Origin: an uncultured Methylomirabilota bacterium
GTDB lineage: Bacteria; Methylomirabilota; Methylomirabilia; Methylomirabilales; 2-02-FULL-66-22
DNA length: 64,000 bases
Reading direction: 5' to 3'
Assembly: GCA_963845565.1 (NCBI GenBank)
Contig: CAWJSJ010000002.1
Location: forward strand, 1,152,001-1,216,000
Notes under the pieces: model-generated
Told to the model about the DNA's origin: nothing
Database searches by the model: none
Seen by the model: the letters and a program-made list of their open reading frames with translations, nothing else
Made by a program: the position numbers and the translations under genes
In this document: piece by piece, positions 19,255 through 29,601 of the stretch
How the letters are laid out: every line of letters starts with the position of its first letter
Position numbering within the stretch: the stretch's first letter is position 1

Positions 19255-20553
19255 GTGGGGACGCGGATGCGTTTTCCTGACAACGGCGAGGGAGTGGTCG
19301 GGGCAGTGGCGCGACGCGTCGGGCGCCTGGTCGCCTGTGCCGTGATGCTCTGGCTGGCGGCCGGTGTCGCCCTCGCCGGCAGCTCCGAGGGGAAAGCGCC
19401 GCGGTCCCAGGAGAACCGGGATCGCCTCAAGGAGGTCCAGCGCGAGCTCGGCCGCGAGCGGGAGAAGGCCAAGGAGGCCGGCCGCAAGGAGGCCTCTCTC
19501 TCGCGCGAGTTGGGGACGCTGGAGAACGACCTCAAGACCAAGACCAAGCTGCTCCGGGACTTGGAAAACAAGCTCCGCGGTAGCTCGCAGCGGATCACCA
19601 AGCTTTCGCGGGACATCAGCGTGACCGAGGGGCGGCTCCAGCGGAGCCGGAACCTGCTTCGCCGCCGCCTGCGGGCCATGTACAAGCAGGGCCGCCTGGG
19701 CTATGTGCGGATGCTTCTTTCGGCGGAGGACTTCGCCAGCGTGGGGCGCCGACTCAAGTACCTGTCGGCCCTGGCCGCGCAGGACCAGCGCCTGATGCAG
19801 ACCTACAGCGCAAGCCTGGCGGACCTGTCTCAGAAGCGGACGGAGCTCGAACAGTACAAAAAAGAAGTCGCCGAGGCGTCCGAGAAGGCCGCGGTGACCC
19901 GCGGCCAGATCGTGGAGGAACAGCGGAAATACCGCGTGCTCCTGGTGAAGGTGCGGGAAGACAAGGCGGGACACCTGGCTGCCGTCAAGGAGCTGGAGCG
20001 GTCGGCCAAGGACCTGCAGGGGCTCATCGCCCGGCTCCAGAGCGAGGAGGAGCGGCAGCGGCGCGCCAGCCGCGCCGCCCCCAAGCGCGAGCCCTCGCGA
20101 GGGGAGTCCGGGAAAGAGGAGGCCCTTGACATCCGGGACGACGGCCGCTTCGAGCGGCTGCGGGGGAAGTTGCCCTGGCCGGCCAAGGGGACCCTGGCCT
20201 CCGGCTTTGGCCGGCAGGAGCACCCCCGGTTCCACACGGTGACGTTCAACCGCGGGATCGAGATCACCGCGCCCCAGGGGCGGGACATCGTGGCGGTGGC
20301 CGAGGGGACCGCCATCTTCGCCGACTCGTTCAAGGGGTACGGGCGACTGGTCATCCTGGATCACGGGGGCGGCTACTTCACGCTCTACGCGCACTGCGCG
20401 GACATGCTGGTCAAGGCCGGCGACGCCGTCGCCGGCGGGCAGGTCATCGCCAAGGTGGGGGACAGCGGATCGCTGGACGGGCCGCAACTGTATTTCGAGT
20501 TGCGCCACAAAGGGAAACCCCAGGACCCGTTGGTGTGGTTGCAATCCCGCTAG
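19255..20553 (+). CDS. envC: murein hydrolase activator, coiled coil plus M23 domain
   Basis: Long coiled coil, GKLPWP..G, GYGRLVILDHG, LYFELR; follows ftsEX; start may be 19267 or later. Confidence 0.88.
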   Translation: MGTRMRFPDNGEGVVGAVARRVGRLVACAVMLWLAAGVALAGSSEGKAPRSQENRDRLKEVQRELGREREKAKEAGRKEASLSRELGTLENDLKTKTKLLRDLENKLRGSSQRITKLSRDISVTEGRLQRSRNLLRRRLRAMYKQGRLGYVRMLLSAEDFASVGRRLKYLSALAAQDQRLMQTYSASLADLSQKRTELEQYKKEVAEASEKAAVTRGQIVEEQRKYRVLLVKVREDKAGHLAAVKELERSAKDLQGLIARLQSEEERQRRASRAAPKREPSRGESGKEEALDIRDDGRFERLRGKLPWPAKGTLASGFGRQEHPRFHTVTFNRGIEITAPQGRDIVAVAEGTAIFADSFKGYGRLVILDHGGGYFTLYAHCADMLVKAGDAVAGGQVIAKVGDSGSLDGPQLYFELRHKGKPQDPLVWLQSR

Positions 20554-20660
20554 TCGGGCGGGAGCCCGGACCTCGCGCCGATCGGGCGTGGGACACCGGA
20601 CAGCGCCCGGGGTGAGCGATTCATCCCGCGGTCATCGCGTTCAGAACGGAGGGACGGTTC

Positions 20661-22004
20661 ATGCTTCCCGCGCGCAAGGACAGTTGGTGGAAAGGGTTCA
20701 TCGTCGCTGCCACGCTGGTGCTGCTGATTCTCACCGGAGGCGTGCAGCACGGGACCACGGCCATTGAGGATACCTACGAGAAGTTGAAGGTCTTCACCGA
20801 GATCCTCTCGCTGGTTCAGGCCAACTATGTGGATGACGTGAACTCCAAGGAGTTGATGTACGGGGCGGTCAAGGGGATGCTGGAGACGCTGGATCCCCAC
20901 AGCTCGTTCATGCCGCCCGAGGCGTTCAGGGAGATGCAGATCGAAACCCAGGGCACCTTCGGCGGGCTGGGGATCGAGATCACCGTGAAGGATCGCCTGC
21001 TCACCGTGGTCGCGCCGATCGAGGGAACCCCTGCCGACAAGGCCGGGCTCCAACCGGGCGACCGGATCGTCAAGATCGAGGGGCAAATCACCAAGGACCT
21101 GACCCTGATGGATGCAGTGCGGCGTTTGCGTGGGCCCAAGGGATCGAAAGTGACGATCAGCATCCTGCGCGAGGGGCGGCCGGAGCCCTTCGATGTCACC
21201 CTGGTGCGGGAGGTGATCGAGGTTCATAGCGTCCGCCAGAAGGATCTCGGCGACGGTGTCTTTTATGTCCGCATCGCATCCTTCCAGGAGCGAACGACCA
21301 AGGATCTGGAGCGTGCCCTCGATCAGGCGAAGAAGAACGGCAGCACGGCCCTCATCTTGGATCTTCGGAACGACCCGGGCGGGCTGCTGAACCAGGCGGT
21401 GGCGGTGAGCGACATGTTCCTGGACAAGGGGCAACTCATCGTCTACACGCGGGGCCGGCTGAAGGATCAGGACCTTCGCTTCACCGCCGAGCACGCCGCC
21501 GGCTTCCCCAAGCTCCCGATGGTGGTGCTGGTGAACGGTGGGTCCGCCAGCGCCTCGGAGATCGTGGCAGGCGCCCTGCAAGACTGGAAGCGGGCCGTGA
21601 TTCTGGGGACCAAGACCTTCGGGAAAGGCTCGGTGCAGACGGTGATTCCCCTGTCCGACGGCTCGGGTCTGCGCCTGACGACGGCCAAGTACTTCACCCC
21701 CAAGGGGCGATCCATTCATGGTTCCGGGATCACCCCGGACATCGTGGTGGAGATCCCCAAGCCGGACCCCAAACCCCTCACCCCCGCGGAGCAGCAGGCA
21801 CGGGACCAGATCCTGCAAGGGAAGACGCCCCGCGAGCAGAAGATCGGCGACCAGGAGGGCGAGGGGATTGAGGTCGGGCGTCGGGACGTCGCGGACCCCC
21901 AGAAGGACATCCAGCTTCAGCGCGCCATCGAGATCCTGAAGGCGACGCGCATCCTGGAGAAGAACGGCGCCCCGGCCAAGATGGAGACGAAGGCAAGCAG
22001 TTGA
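20661..22004 (+). CDS. ctpA: C-terminal processing protease, S41 family
   Basis: LDPHS, PDZ GLGI, DLRNDPGG, SASASEIVAGALQD, TFGKGSVQ. Confidence 0.95.
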   Translation: MLPARKDSWWKGFIVAATLVLLILTGGVQHGTTAIEDTYEKLKVFTEILSLVQANYVDDVNSKELMYGAVKGMLETLDPHSSFMPPEAFREMQIETQGTFGGLGIEITVKDRLLTVVAPIEGTPADKAGLQPGDRIVKIEGQITKDLTLMDAVRRLRGPKGSKVTISILREGRPEPFDVTLVREVIEVHSVRQKDLGDGVFYVRIASFQERTTKDLERALDQAKKNGSTALILDLRNDPGGLLNQAVAVSDMFLDKGQLIVYTRGRLKDQDLRFTAEHAAGFPKLPMVVLVNGGSASASEIVAGALQDWKRAVILGTKTFGKGSVQTVIPLSDGSGLRLTTAKYFTPKGRSIHGSGITPDIVVEIPKPDPKPLTPAEQQARDQILQGKTPREQKIGDQEGEGIEVGRRDVADPQKDIQLQRAIEILKATRILEKNGAPAKMETKASS

Positions 22005-22013
22005 CCCGGATGG

Positions 22014-22110
22014 GGTTCGACGGTTCGACAGTGCGACGTTTCGGCGGAACGAGGACCCCACGGACCACAGGAACCACCGAACGATCGAACCGCCGAACCG
22101 CCGAACGGTC
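22014..22110. repeat. octamer tandem arrays in inverted orientation
   Basis: GGTTCGAC x2 plus degenerate units (22014-22045) facing GAACCGCC-like x5 (22071-22110). Confidence 0.7.
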
Positions 22111-22129
22111 TTTCGGTTGAACGGATTTG

Positions 22130-23155
22130 ATGGATCTGATTCTGGGTATCGAGACCTCGTGTGACGAGACGGCGGCCGCCATCCTGGAAGGGGGCAGCGT
22201 TCTGCGCAGCACGGTGGTGGCCTCGCAGGGTGAGGTCCACGCGCCGTACGGCGGGATTGTCCCCGAGTTGGCGTCCCGCCGACACATCGAGGTCATCACG
22301 CCGGTCATCGATCGCGCCCTGGCGGACGCCGGGGTGACGCTGGCCGATCTGACGGCGATCGCGGTGACGGCGGGCCCCGGGCTGGTCGGGTCGCTGCTGG
22401 TCGGCGTGTCCGTTGCCAAGGCGATCGCCTACTGTCGCAAACTTCCTCTGGTCGCCGTGAATCACCTGGAGGGGCACATCGCCGCGGCCCGTCTGGAATC
22501 CCCGACGTGCGGGTATCCCTTCGTCGCGCTGGTGGTTTCCGGTGGGCACACGCATCTGTATCACGTGTCCGCCGAATGCACCTATCGTCGGCTCGGGCGC
22601 ACGCGGGATGACGCTGCCGGCGAAGCCTTCGACAAGGTGGCGAAGGTGCTCGGCCTCGGTTATCCCGGCGGGCCCGTGATCGAGCGCGAGGCGAGGAGCG
22701 GAAACCCGACGGCAATCCCGTTCCCGCGGGCGGTCTGCAGCGACGGCAGCCTGGACTTCAGCTTCAGCGGCCTCAAGACGGCGGTGGTGCACCACCTGAA
22801 GGGCGACAGCCCGGCCGCGCGCCCGGCAGGACCGCTCGATCCCCAGGAGATCCGGGACATCTGCGCCAGCTTCCAGCAGGCGGCAGTGGACATGTTGGTC
22901 GAGCGGTTGATGCGGGCGGCGCGAGAAACCGGCGTCGGCCGCCTGGTGGTGGCCGGCGGCGTCGCATGCAACGGCGCGCTGCGTCGGGCCCTGAAAGGTG
23001 AAGCGGAGGCCGAGGGATTCGACCTGTTCGTCCCTTCACCGGGATTCTGCACCGACAACGCCGCCATGATCGCGGCCGCCGGCGCAGTCCGGCTCCGCCG
23101 CGGCGAGCGGGCCGGCTGGGACCTGAACGCGTCGGCGAGTTGGCCGCTTGCTTGA
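22130..23155 (+). CDS. tsaD: tRNA N6-threonylcarbamoyltransferase
   Basis: LGIETSCDET, GGIVPELASRRH, NHLEGH, SGGHT, DDAAGEAFDK, CTDNAAMI. Confidence 0.97.
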   Translation: MDLILGIETSCDETAAAILEGGSVLRSTVVASQGEVHAPYGGIVPELASRRHIEVITPVIDRALADAGVTLADLTAIAVTAGPGLVGSLLVGVSVAKAIAYCRKLPLVAVNHLEGHIAAARLESPTCGYPFVALVVSGGHTHLYHVSAECTYRRLGRTRDDAAGEAFDKVAKVLGLGYPGGPVIEREARSGNPTAIPFPRAVCSDGSLDFSFSGLKTAVVHHLKGDSPAARPAGPLDPQEIRDICASFQQAAVDMLVERLMRAARETGVGRLVVAGGVACNGALRRALKGEAEAEGFDLFVPSPGFCTDNAAMIAAAGAVRLRRGERAGWDLNASASWPLA

Positions 23156-23162
23156 GGACCGA

Positions 23163-23675
23163 ATGGCTATTCGGCGCATCGTGACCTACGGCACACCTAT
23201 TCTTCGACAGCGCACCCAAGAGGTTGCCAACCTGAACGGCGATCTCCAACAACTCATCGACGACATGGCGGCGACGATGTACGCGGCGCCCGGCGTGGGA
23301 CTGGCCGCCAACCAGGTGGGGAGCCCGCATCGCCTCTTCATCGCCAATCCCTCGGAGGATCGGGATCCGGGGAAACTGCTGGTGGTGATCAATCCAGAGG
23401 TCGTGGAGAGCGATGGGGAGTTCGCGTCGGAGGAGGGGTGTCTGTCCGTCCCGGATTTCCGGGAGGAGGTCCGGCGGGCGCGCCGCGTCCTGTTGCGCGG
23501 GCTCGACCGGGAAGGCCGGCCGATCGAAGTCGAGGGCCGCGACCTCCTCGCGCGAATCTTCCAGCACGAGATGGATCACCTGAACGGCCTGTTCTTCGTG
23601 GACCGTCTCAGCCCCGCCAAGCGCGACATCCTGATCCGGAAGCTCAAGAAAGTCTTCCTCGAGCCCAAAGACTGA
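23163..23675 (+). CDS. def: peptide deformylase
   Basis: GVGLAANQ, EGCLS, QHEMDH. Confidence 0.97.
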   Translation: MAIRRIVTYGTPILRQRTQEVANLNGDLQQLIDDMAATMYAAPGVGLAANQVGSPHRLFIANPSEDRDPGKLLVVINPEVVESDGEFASEEGCLSVPDFREEVRRARRVLLRGLDREGRPIEVEGRDLLARIFQHEMDHLNGLFFVDRLSPAKRDILIRKLKKVFLEPKD

Positions 23676-23842
23676 GCGGACCCGCCTTCGCGATACGCCT
23701 GTTCCGTCATGGTTCTTCGCGCAGGGCAGATGGCCGCGGCCGCCAATCGCTGTCGAGCACGCTCGGACCAGTGCGGCCCCGGCGAATCTGCTGGGCGCGG
23801 GACGTGTCGGACCGCAATGCAACGGGCCGCGGCGAGGCGCGG

Positions 23843-24979
23843 TCAGGGCAGGCGGGTGCCGATCCACTCGCGGAAGAAGGGATCGGCAAACCGGTATTCC
23901 CCGTTCGCCTTGACGAGGACCTGTTCCTTCAAGAGTAAGCGCAGGGAGGTCTGCACCGAGGAGTGCGATCCGAGGCGGTGCGCCGCCAGGAATTCGCGGG
24001 CGAAGACCTTCTGGCCGCCGGATCGGGCAATCGCCTGGAGCACCTGCCGCTGGTGCACGGAGAGCCGCTCCCAGGCGGCGCCGAGGTGGGGGGCATCCTG
24101 CTCCAGAATCCCGGCGATCGCGTCCCGGATGTCGCGCTCGGTGACGTGCGCCGCCCGCCCGGCCCGGAGCGCCCACACCTGATGGCACAACCGCTGAACG
24201 TTGTAGGGCACGTCGTCGGCCGCGGCCAGGATCGCGTCCACGACGTCCGCGGTGAGGCGCAATCCGCCGCGGCTGAACCGGGCCTGGAGGAACGGCGCGA
24301 ACTCCTGCGGGGGGATCGGCCCAAGCGACACGATCCGGCCGAACTTGTAGAACGGACTGCGTTCGCGGGTCGCCATGTCGCGTAACGTGCTCTCTCTCGA
24401 ACCGGCGAAGAGATAGCTGACGTGCCGATGGGTCTGGAAATGGGACCGCATGGCCTTTTCGAGGTTGGCGCGCGGGAAGCGCTGGACCTCCTGGAACTCG
24501 TCGAACACCAGCACCAGACGGTGCTTGCGCTTCATGGCGAGCCGCTCCGGTAGCGCCAGGACCTCCTCCTGCAGGGCCAGCGCGCTCCGCGGAGAGGTGC
24601 CGATGTCAAGAGAGAGGGTGGGCTTGCCACGGGAATCCGCGCCCACCTGGGGTCGCAGGCGGCCCAGCAGCTCCGTGGCGAGGCGCAGGAGCCGCTCCGG
24701 CTGCGATTCGGCGGCCCGGAGTACCGTCTGCGCCACGAGCTCCATCAACTGCGTGGGTGTCGTGGTGCGGAAGACGTCCACATACGCGACGAGGACGCCC
24801 TGACGGCGCAACCGGTCGAGCAGCGTCAGGATGAGGGAGGTCTTGCCGTACCGCCGCGGCGAGAGCAGGAACAGGTGCTGGCCGTCTCGGAGTTCTCGAC
24901 CCAGCTCGGCCAGCTCCGCGCGGCGATCCGCGAAATCCTCGCCGCTGACCACGGAGCCGAATCGAAAAGGATTCTGCAT
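23843..24979 (-). CDS. AAA/archaeal-type ATPase with C-terminal winged-helix-like region
   Basis: NPF.FG..V....F.DR..E, Walker A SPRRYGKTS, Walker B VFDEFQ, FAGS, C-terminal YRFADPFF. Confidence 0.85.
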   Translation of the reverse strand: MQNPFRFGSVVSGEDFADRRAELAELGRELRDGQHLFLLSPRRYGKTSLILTLLDRLRRQGVLVAYVDVFRTTTPTQLMELVAQTVLRAAESQPERLLRLATELLGRLRPQVGADSRGKPTLSLDIGTSPRSALALQEEVLALPERLAMKRKHRLVLVFDEFQEVQRFPRANLEKAMRSHFQTHRHVSYLFAGSRESTLRDMATRERSPFYKFGRIVSLGPIPPQEFAPFLQARFSRGGLRLTADVVDAILAAADDVPYNVQRLCHQVWALRAGRAAHVTERDIRDAIAGILEQDAPHLGAAWERLSVHQRQVLQAIARSGGQKVFAREFLAAHRLGSHSSVQTSLRLLLKEQVLVKANGEYRFADPFFREWIGTRLP

Positions 24980-25000
24980 GGGCGCTCCTGATTATGCTTC

Positions 25001-25066
25001 TGTGCATTATGTAGTTCTACATAACGCACATGCGCATAATGTAGGCGCTGGCGCGGTCCGTGTCAA
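25001..25066 (-). promoter_or_regulatory. sigma70 promoter plus downstream 30-bp palindromic operator of the AAA ATPase gene
   Basis: Minus strand TTGACA (25066-25061)-17 nt-TACATT (25043-25038); palindrome TGTGCATTATGTAG-TT-CTACATAACGCACA (25001-25030, 13/14). Confidence 0.7.
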
Positions 25067-25113
25067 GCCGCGAGTGGATGGAGTGAATGCGTGGCGTGCC
25101 CCAACGGGAGGGG

Positions 25114-25776
25114 CTAGGACGTGTGGGGTGAGGGTGCGGGGCACCGGACGCCGGTGCCGCCGAGACCGCAATAGCCCCCCGGGTTCTTGGCCAGGTACTG
25201 CTGGTGATAGTCCTCTGCGTAGTAGAACTCGGGCGCGTCGGCGATTTCGGTCGTGATCTCCTCCAGGCCGGCGCTCCCAAGCGCCTGCTGGTAGGCCCGG
25301 CGCGAGGCCTCGGCGGCGGCGCGCTGGGGCGCGCCGTAGCAATAGATCGCAGAGCGGTACTGGGTGCCGAGGTCGTTTCCCTGGCGCATGCCTTGCGTGG
25401 GGTCGTGGCTCTCCCAAAAGACGCGGAGGAGCGCGTCGTACGGGACCACCGCCGGCTCGAAGACCACCCGCACGACCTCGGCATGGCCCGTCAGGCCGCT
25501 GCAGACCTCCTGATAGGTCGGGTTCGGCGTGAAGCCGCCGGCATAGCCGACGGAGGTGGAGTATACCCCCTGGTGCTGCCAGAAACAGCGCTCTGCGCCC
25601 CAGAAGCAGCCCATGCCGAACAGGGCCAGCTCCGTTCCGGCGGGAAACGGCGGCTCCAGCCGTGCGCCGGAAACGGCGTGGGTGGCGGGGGCGGCCATGC
25701 GCTCGGGACGACCCGGCAAGCACCGTTCTGGTGTCGGGAGCGCGGGTGAGCGCTTCTTGGGGAACCAGGACATCAT
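25114..25776 (-). CDS. msrA: peptide-methionine (S)-S-oxide reductase
   Basis: [56 protein letters not shown]. Confidence 0.95.
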   Translation of the reverse strand: MMSWFPKKRSPALPTPERCLPGRPERMAAPATHAVSGARLEPPFPAGTELALFGMGCFWGAERCFWQHQGVYSTSVGYAGGFTPNPTYQEVCSGLTGHAEVVRVVFEPAVVPYDALLRVFWESHDPTQGMRQGNDLGTQYRSAIYCYGAPQRAAAEASRRAYQQALGSAGLEEITTEIADAPEFYYAEDYHQQYLAKNPGGYCGLGGTGVRCPAPSPHTS

Positions 25777-25865
25777 GCTATACGCCTTCGACACGGCAGC
25801 GGGGCGAAGAGTGGAGAAGACGGCCGCGAGCAGCCACTGGCCGCTCGCGGCCGCGGACGAAATGC

Positions 25866-26483
25866 CTAGCCTTGCAGGGCCTCGTGGACCTTGCCCACCA
25901 TCTTGGCGCCGGGGTTGACGAGCGTCTTGTCCCCGTCGTCCTTCCACTTGGACGGACAGACCTCGTTGGTCTTCCGGCCGACATAGACGTTGGCCTTGAA
26001 CTTTCGCAACAACTCGTCGATGTTCCGGCCGATATTGTACCAGTTGAAGTCCGCGTTGAAGAGCGTACCCTCGGGATTGATGATGAACGTCCCGCGGAGC
26101 GCCAGGCCGGTGTTCTCGTCGTACACGCCGAACATCCTGGCCAGCTTGCCGGTGGGGTCGGCGCCCATCGGGTACTTGACGTTGGCCAGCTCCTTCTCGT
26201 CGCGCTGCCAGGCCAGGTGAACGAACTGGGTGTCGGTGCTCACCGTGACCAGGTCGCACCCCATCCGGGTGAATCGCTCGTGCTGCTCTGCCAGAGCAGC
26301 GAATTCGGTCGCTCAGACGAAGGTGAAATCGGCGGGATAGAAGAAGAGGATCGTCCAGCGCTTGTTCTTGACCTGCTCGGCCAAGCTGAACTTCCCGAAC
26401 TCACCCTTGGTGGGCTCGTACGTGGTGAACTCGAAGTCGGGCACCTTCTGTCCGAGCTTCACGCCGCCGCAGCATTCCGACAT
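25866..26483 (-). CDS. prxU: selenocysteine-containing peroxiredoxin (AhpC/Prx1-type, PrxU-like), in-frame UGA at 26315-26313
   Basis: ORFs 26313..26540 and 25866..26264 share a frame: [26 protein letters not shown] at the peroxidatic Cys position; resolving EVCPSKW kept. Confidence 0.9.
26282..26300 (-). promoter_or_regulatory. SECIS-like hairpin
   Basis: Perfect 8-bp stem GCTGCTCT-GGC-AGAGCAGC starting 12 nt after the UGA. Confidence 0.7.
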
Positions 26484-26591
26484 GATCGCGCCCCTCCTTT
26501 CGGCATGACGAGGTTGAGGAAAAGGAGTCGTCCACAACAAATCGAGGCTACCCCAGGAAGCCGAGAAAATCCACTCTTCCGCGTCTGGCCG

Positions 26592-29486
26592 TCAGCCAAG
26601 GGCCTCGGCCAGGACCTCCACCAGGTGTTTCGCCCGGCGACCCGTACCGTCGGCGATCTGCTGCCGGCAGGAGACACCGGCCGCCACGATTTCGCAATCC
26701 GGCCCCTTCGCCTTGATGGCGGGGAAAAGCCGTCGCTCCCCGATGGCGATGGACATGTCGTAGTGCTCCTTCTCGTAGCCAAACGAGCCGGCCATCCCGC
26801 AGCAGCCGGAGTCCACTTCCTCTACCTGGGCTTCCGGGAGCAATCGCAGGATCTGGAGACTTGGACTGGAACCGACCAGCGCCTTCTGATGGCAATGGCC
26901 GTGAAGCATCACGGATTTGACCCCGGCGCGAAGCGGCAGGCCGAGGTGCCCCTTCTCGTGAAGGCCGAGGAGGAACTCCTCGATCAGAAAGGTCCCCTTG
27001 GCAAGCCGCTCGGCCCGCGGGTCATCCAGCAGGTCCGGGTATTCGTCGCGAAAGGTGAGGATGCAACTCGGCTCGAGACCGACGATCGGGATATTTTGCT
27101 CGGCATACCGAGAGAGCCGGTCCACGTTGTAGGTCGCGTTTTCCTTGGCCTGCCTGATCAGCCCCTTGGAGATCATGGGTCGGCCGCAACACTTCTTGTC
27201 GGCCAGGACCACCTCGAAGCCGGCCGCCTCCAGGACCTTCACGGCCGCCTTGCCGAGCTCCGGATGATTATAGGTCATGTAGGTGTCGTTAAAGAGAACG
27301 ACGGGGCCGCGCGTACCCGGACCTGTTGCAGCGCCGCGGGCACGGGGTTCCCCATTCCGTCGCGCGAACCAGCGCGTGAACGTCTCGCGGGCGAACGGGG
27401 GGAGCCGGCGGTTCCGATGGATGCCGAACAGGTGATCGAGGAACCAGCGCGCCGGGGCGCTGTTGGCCACCCAATTGGAAACGGGAGCGAAAGCGCAGCC
27501 CAGCCGGTTCAGCGTTTCGATGTTGGCGAACAGCCTGGCGCGCAGTGGGGTGCCGTGGCGGGCATAGTACTGTCCCAGGAACTCGTACTTCAGCTTCGCC
27601 ATGTCCACGTTGGACGGACATTCCGCCTTGCACCCCTTGCACTCCAGGCAGAGGTCGAAGACCTCGTACATGCGCGGGGAGGTCAGGGCCTCGGCCGGCA
27701 GATGGCCGTTGATGGCGGCGCGGAGCGCGTTGGCGCGGCCGCGCGTCGAGTGCTCCTCCTCTCGGGTGATCATGTAGGAGGGGCACATGGTCCCCTCCAG
27801 CTTCTTCTTACAGACCGCGGCGCCGTTGCACATCTCGACGGCCCGGTCGAATCCCCCCTCGCGGGCGAACCGAAAGAAGGTCTTTACCTGGCGCGCCCGG
27901 TAGCGCCCGCCGTACCGAAGATTGGCCGTCATGGGGGGCGCGTCCACGATCTTGCCGGGATTCATGATCCGTTGCGGGTCGAAGGCGGTCTTCAGCTCGC
28001 GGAACGCCTGGTAGAGGGTTGGGCCAAAGAGGGTCTCGTTCCAGCAGGATCGCGAGAGGCCGTCCCCGTGCTCGGCGCTCATGGCGCCGCCGAATTCCTG
28101 GACGAGCGCGCTCACCTGCTCGGCGATGGCGCGCAGCTTTTCCACCTCCGGATCCCGCTTGAGATCGAGGATCGGGCGGACGTGGATGCACCCGACCGAG
28201 GCATGGCCGTAAAAGGCGGCCTCGACCTGGTGGGAGCGCACGATGGCATCGAGGCGCTTGAGGTACTCCGCCAACCGTTCGGGAGCGACCGCGGTATCCT
28301 CGATGCCCGCGACGGGTTTCTTGTCCCCGATCATCCCCAGGAGGAGCGCCATCCCCGCCTTGCGAACCGTCCAGATTCTTTGCTGTTCCTCGGGACTCAG
28401 GGCGCGCGTGAACGCCGTCCCGATCCGCTGCCGTCGGCAATGCGCCTCCAGCCGGTCCAGCTTGGCCACGAGCTCCCCCGGCGTCTCGCCGTAATACTCG
28501 ACAAACAGCAGCGCGCCCGGGTCGCCCTGGACGAAGGTCATCTGCCGCGCGTATTCCAACGACCGTCGGGTGAGGTCGAGGATGTATTTGTCCGCCAGCT
28601 CGATGGCCGTCGGCCCGGTGGCCAGGATCTCGGTCGTGGATTCGAGAGCCTCGAACATGGTCCCGAAGTGGACGACCATCAGGGCGACTTGGCTCGGCGT
28701 GGGCCGTGGCTCCAGGTTGATCTTGGCCTCCAGCGTGGTGGCCAGGGTGCCTTCGGAGCCGACCAGCAGCCGGGCGAGGCTGAAGGGCTGCCCGTTTACG
28801 AACTCGTCCAGGGCGTAGCCCCCGACTCGGCGCAGGATCTTCGGGTAGCGCGCAAGGATCTCGTTCCGGTGGGCACCCACCAGGCGATGGAGCGTCCGGT
28901 AGAGGTCCCCTTCCCGCGTCGTCGCGGCGAGGGTTCGTGCCAGCTCGTCCTCGGCGAGGGTCCTCGCCGAGAGGATGTGGCCGTCGGGCAACACGACGGT
29001 CATCTCTTTCACGTGCTCGAGTGTGCGGCCATAGACGATGGAGCGAGCCCCGGAGGCGTTGTTGCCGATCATGCCGCCCAGCGTGGCGCGGTTGCTGGGG
29101 GAGACGTCGGGGGCGAACCAGAGGCCGTGCGGGCGGAGCTGGGCGTTCAACTCGTCCAGCACGACGCCGGGCTGGATGCGCGCCCAGCGCTCCTCCGCGT
29201 TCACCTCCAGGATCCGATTGAGATACTTGGACATGTCAAGGACGACGGCCCGGCCCACGGCCTGGCCACACAGGGAGGTCCCGGCGCCGCGCGGCAGGAT
29301 GGGGACGCCATGGCTCGCGCAGATCTCCACGGTGGCCAGGACGTCGTCGGTGGTCCGGGGAATCACCACGCCCAGCGGCTCGATCTCGTAGATGCTGGCG
29401 TCGGTGCTGTACAGCACCCGGGTCATCTCGTCGAAGCGCACCTCACCCGCGAGGCGCTGTGTCAGGTCGCGCGTCAGGTCATCCAC
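26592..29486 (-). CDS. FAD-linked oxidase / Fe-S (GlcD-GlcF-type, YdiJ-like) fusion oxidoreductase
   Basis: YSTDAS, PRGAGTSL.GQ, SAEHGDG, CNGAAVC, CLECKGCKAECP, CCG motifs, HGHCHQ. Confidence 0.92.
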   Translation of the reverse strand: MDDLTRDLTQRLAGEVRFDEMTRVLYSTDASIYEIEPLGVVIPRTTDDVLATVEICASHGVPILPRGAGTSLCGQAVGRAVVLDMSKYLNRILEVNAEERWARIQPGVVLDELNAQLRPHGLWFAPDVSPSNRATLGGMIGNNASGARSIVYGRTLEHVKEMTVVLPDGHILSARTLAEDELARTLAATTREGDLYRTLHRLVGAHRNEILARYPKILRRVGGYALDEFVNGQPFSLARLLVGSEGTLATTLEAKINLEPRPTPSQVALMVVHFGTMFEALESTTEILATGPTAIELADKYILDLTRRSLEYARQMTFVQGDPGALLFVEYYGETPGELVAKLDRLEAHCRRQRIGTAFTRALSPEEQQRIWTVRKAGMALLLGMIGDKKPVAGIEDTAVAPERLAEYLKRLDAIVRSHQVEAAFYGHASVGCIHVRPILDLKRDPEVEKLRAIAEQVSALVQEFGGAMSAEHGDGLSRSCWNETLFGPTLYQAFRELKTAFDPQRIMNPGKIVDAPPMTANLRYGGRYRARQVKTFFRFAREGGFDRAVEMCNGAAVCKKKLEGTMCPSYMITREEEHSTRGRANALRAAINGHLPAEALTSPRMYEVFDLCLECKGCKAECPSNVDMAKLKYEFLGQYYARHGTPLRARLFANIETLNRLGCAFAPVSNWVANSAPARWFLDHLFGIHRNRRLPPFARETFTRWFARRNGEPRARGAATGPGTRGPVVLFNDTYMTYNHPELGKAAVKVLEAAGFEVVLADKKCCGRPMISKGLIRQAKENATYNVDRLSRYAEQNIPIVGLEPSCILTFRDEYPDLLDDPRAERLAKGTFLIEEFLLGLHEKGHLGLPLRAGVKSVMLHGHCHQKALVGSSPSLQILRLLPEAQVEEVDSGCCGMAGSFGYEKEHYDMSIAIGERRLFPAIKAKGPDCEIVAAGVSCRQQIADGTGRRAKHLVEVLAEALG

Positions 29487-29601
29487 GCGAGTCTCCGATC
29501 CAATGCAAGACCGACAACCGACACCGAGGAGCCGACCACCGAGGAGCGGTCGGAAGTCTCGGCCTCAAATCGTGCCCCTCGATCCCGGCTGCCATTTGCG
29601 A

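Noticed and set aside
25114..26259. 381-aa MsrA with long N-terminal extension
   Set aside because: The extension overlaps the peroxiredoxin gene in another frame; the real start is near 25776.
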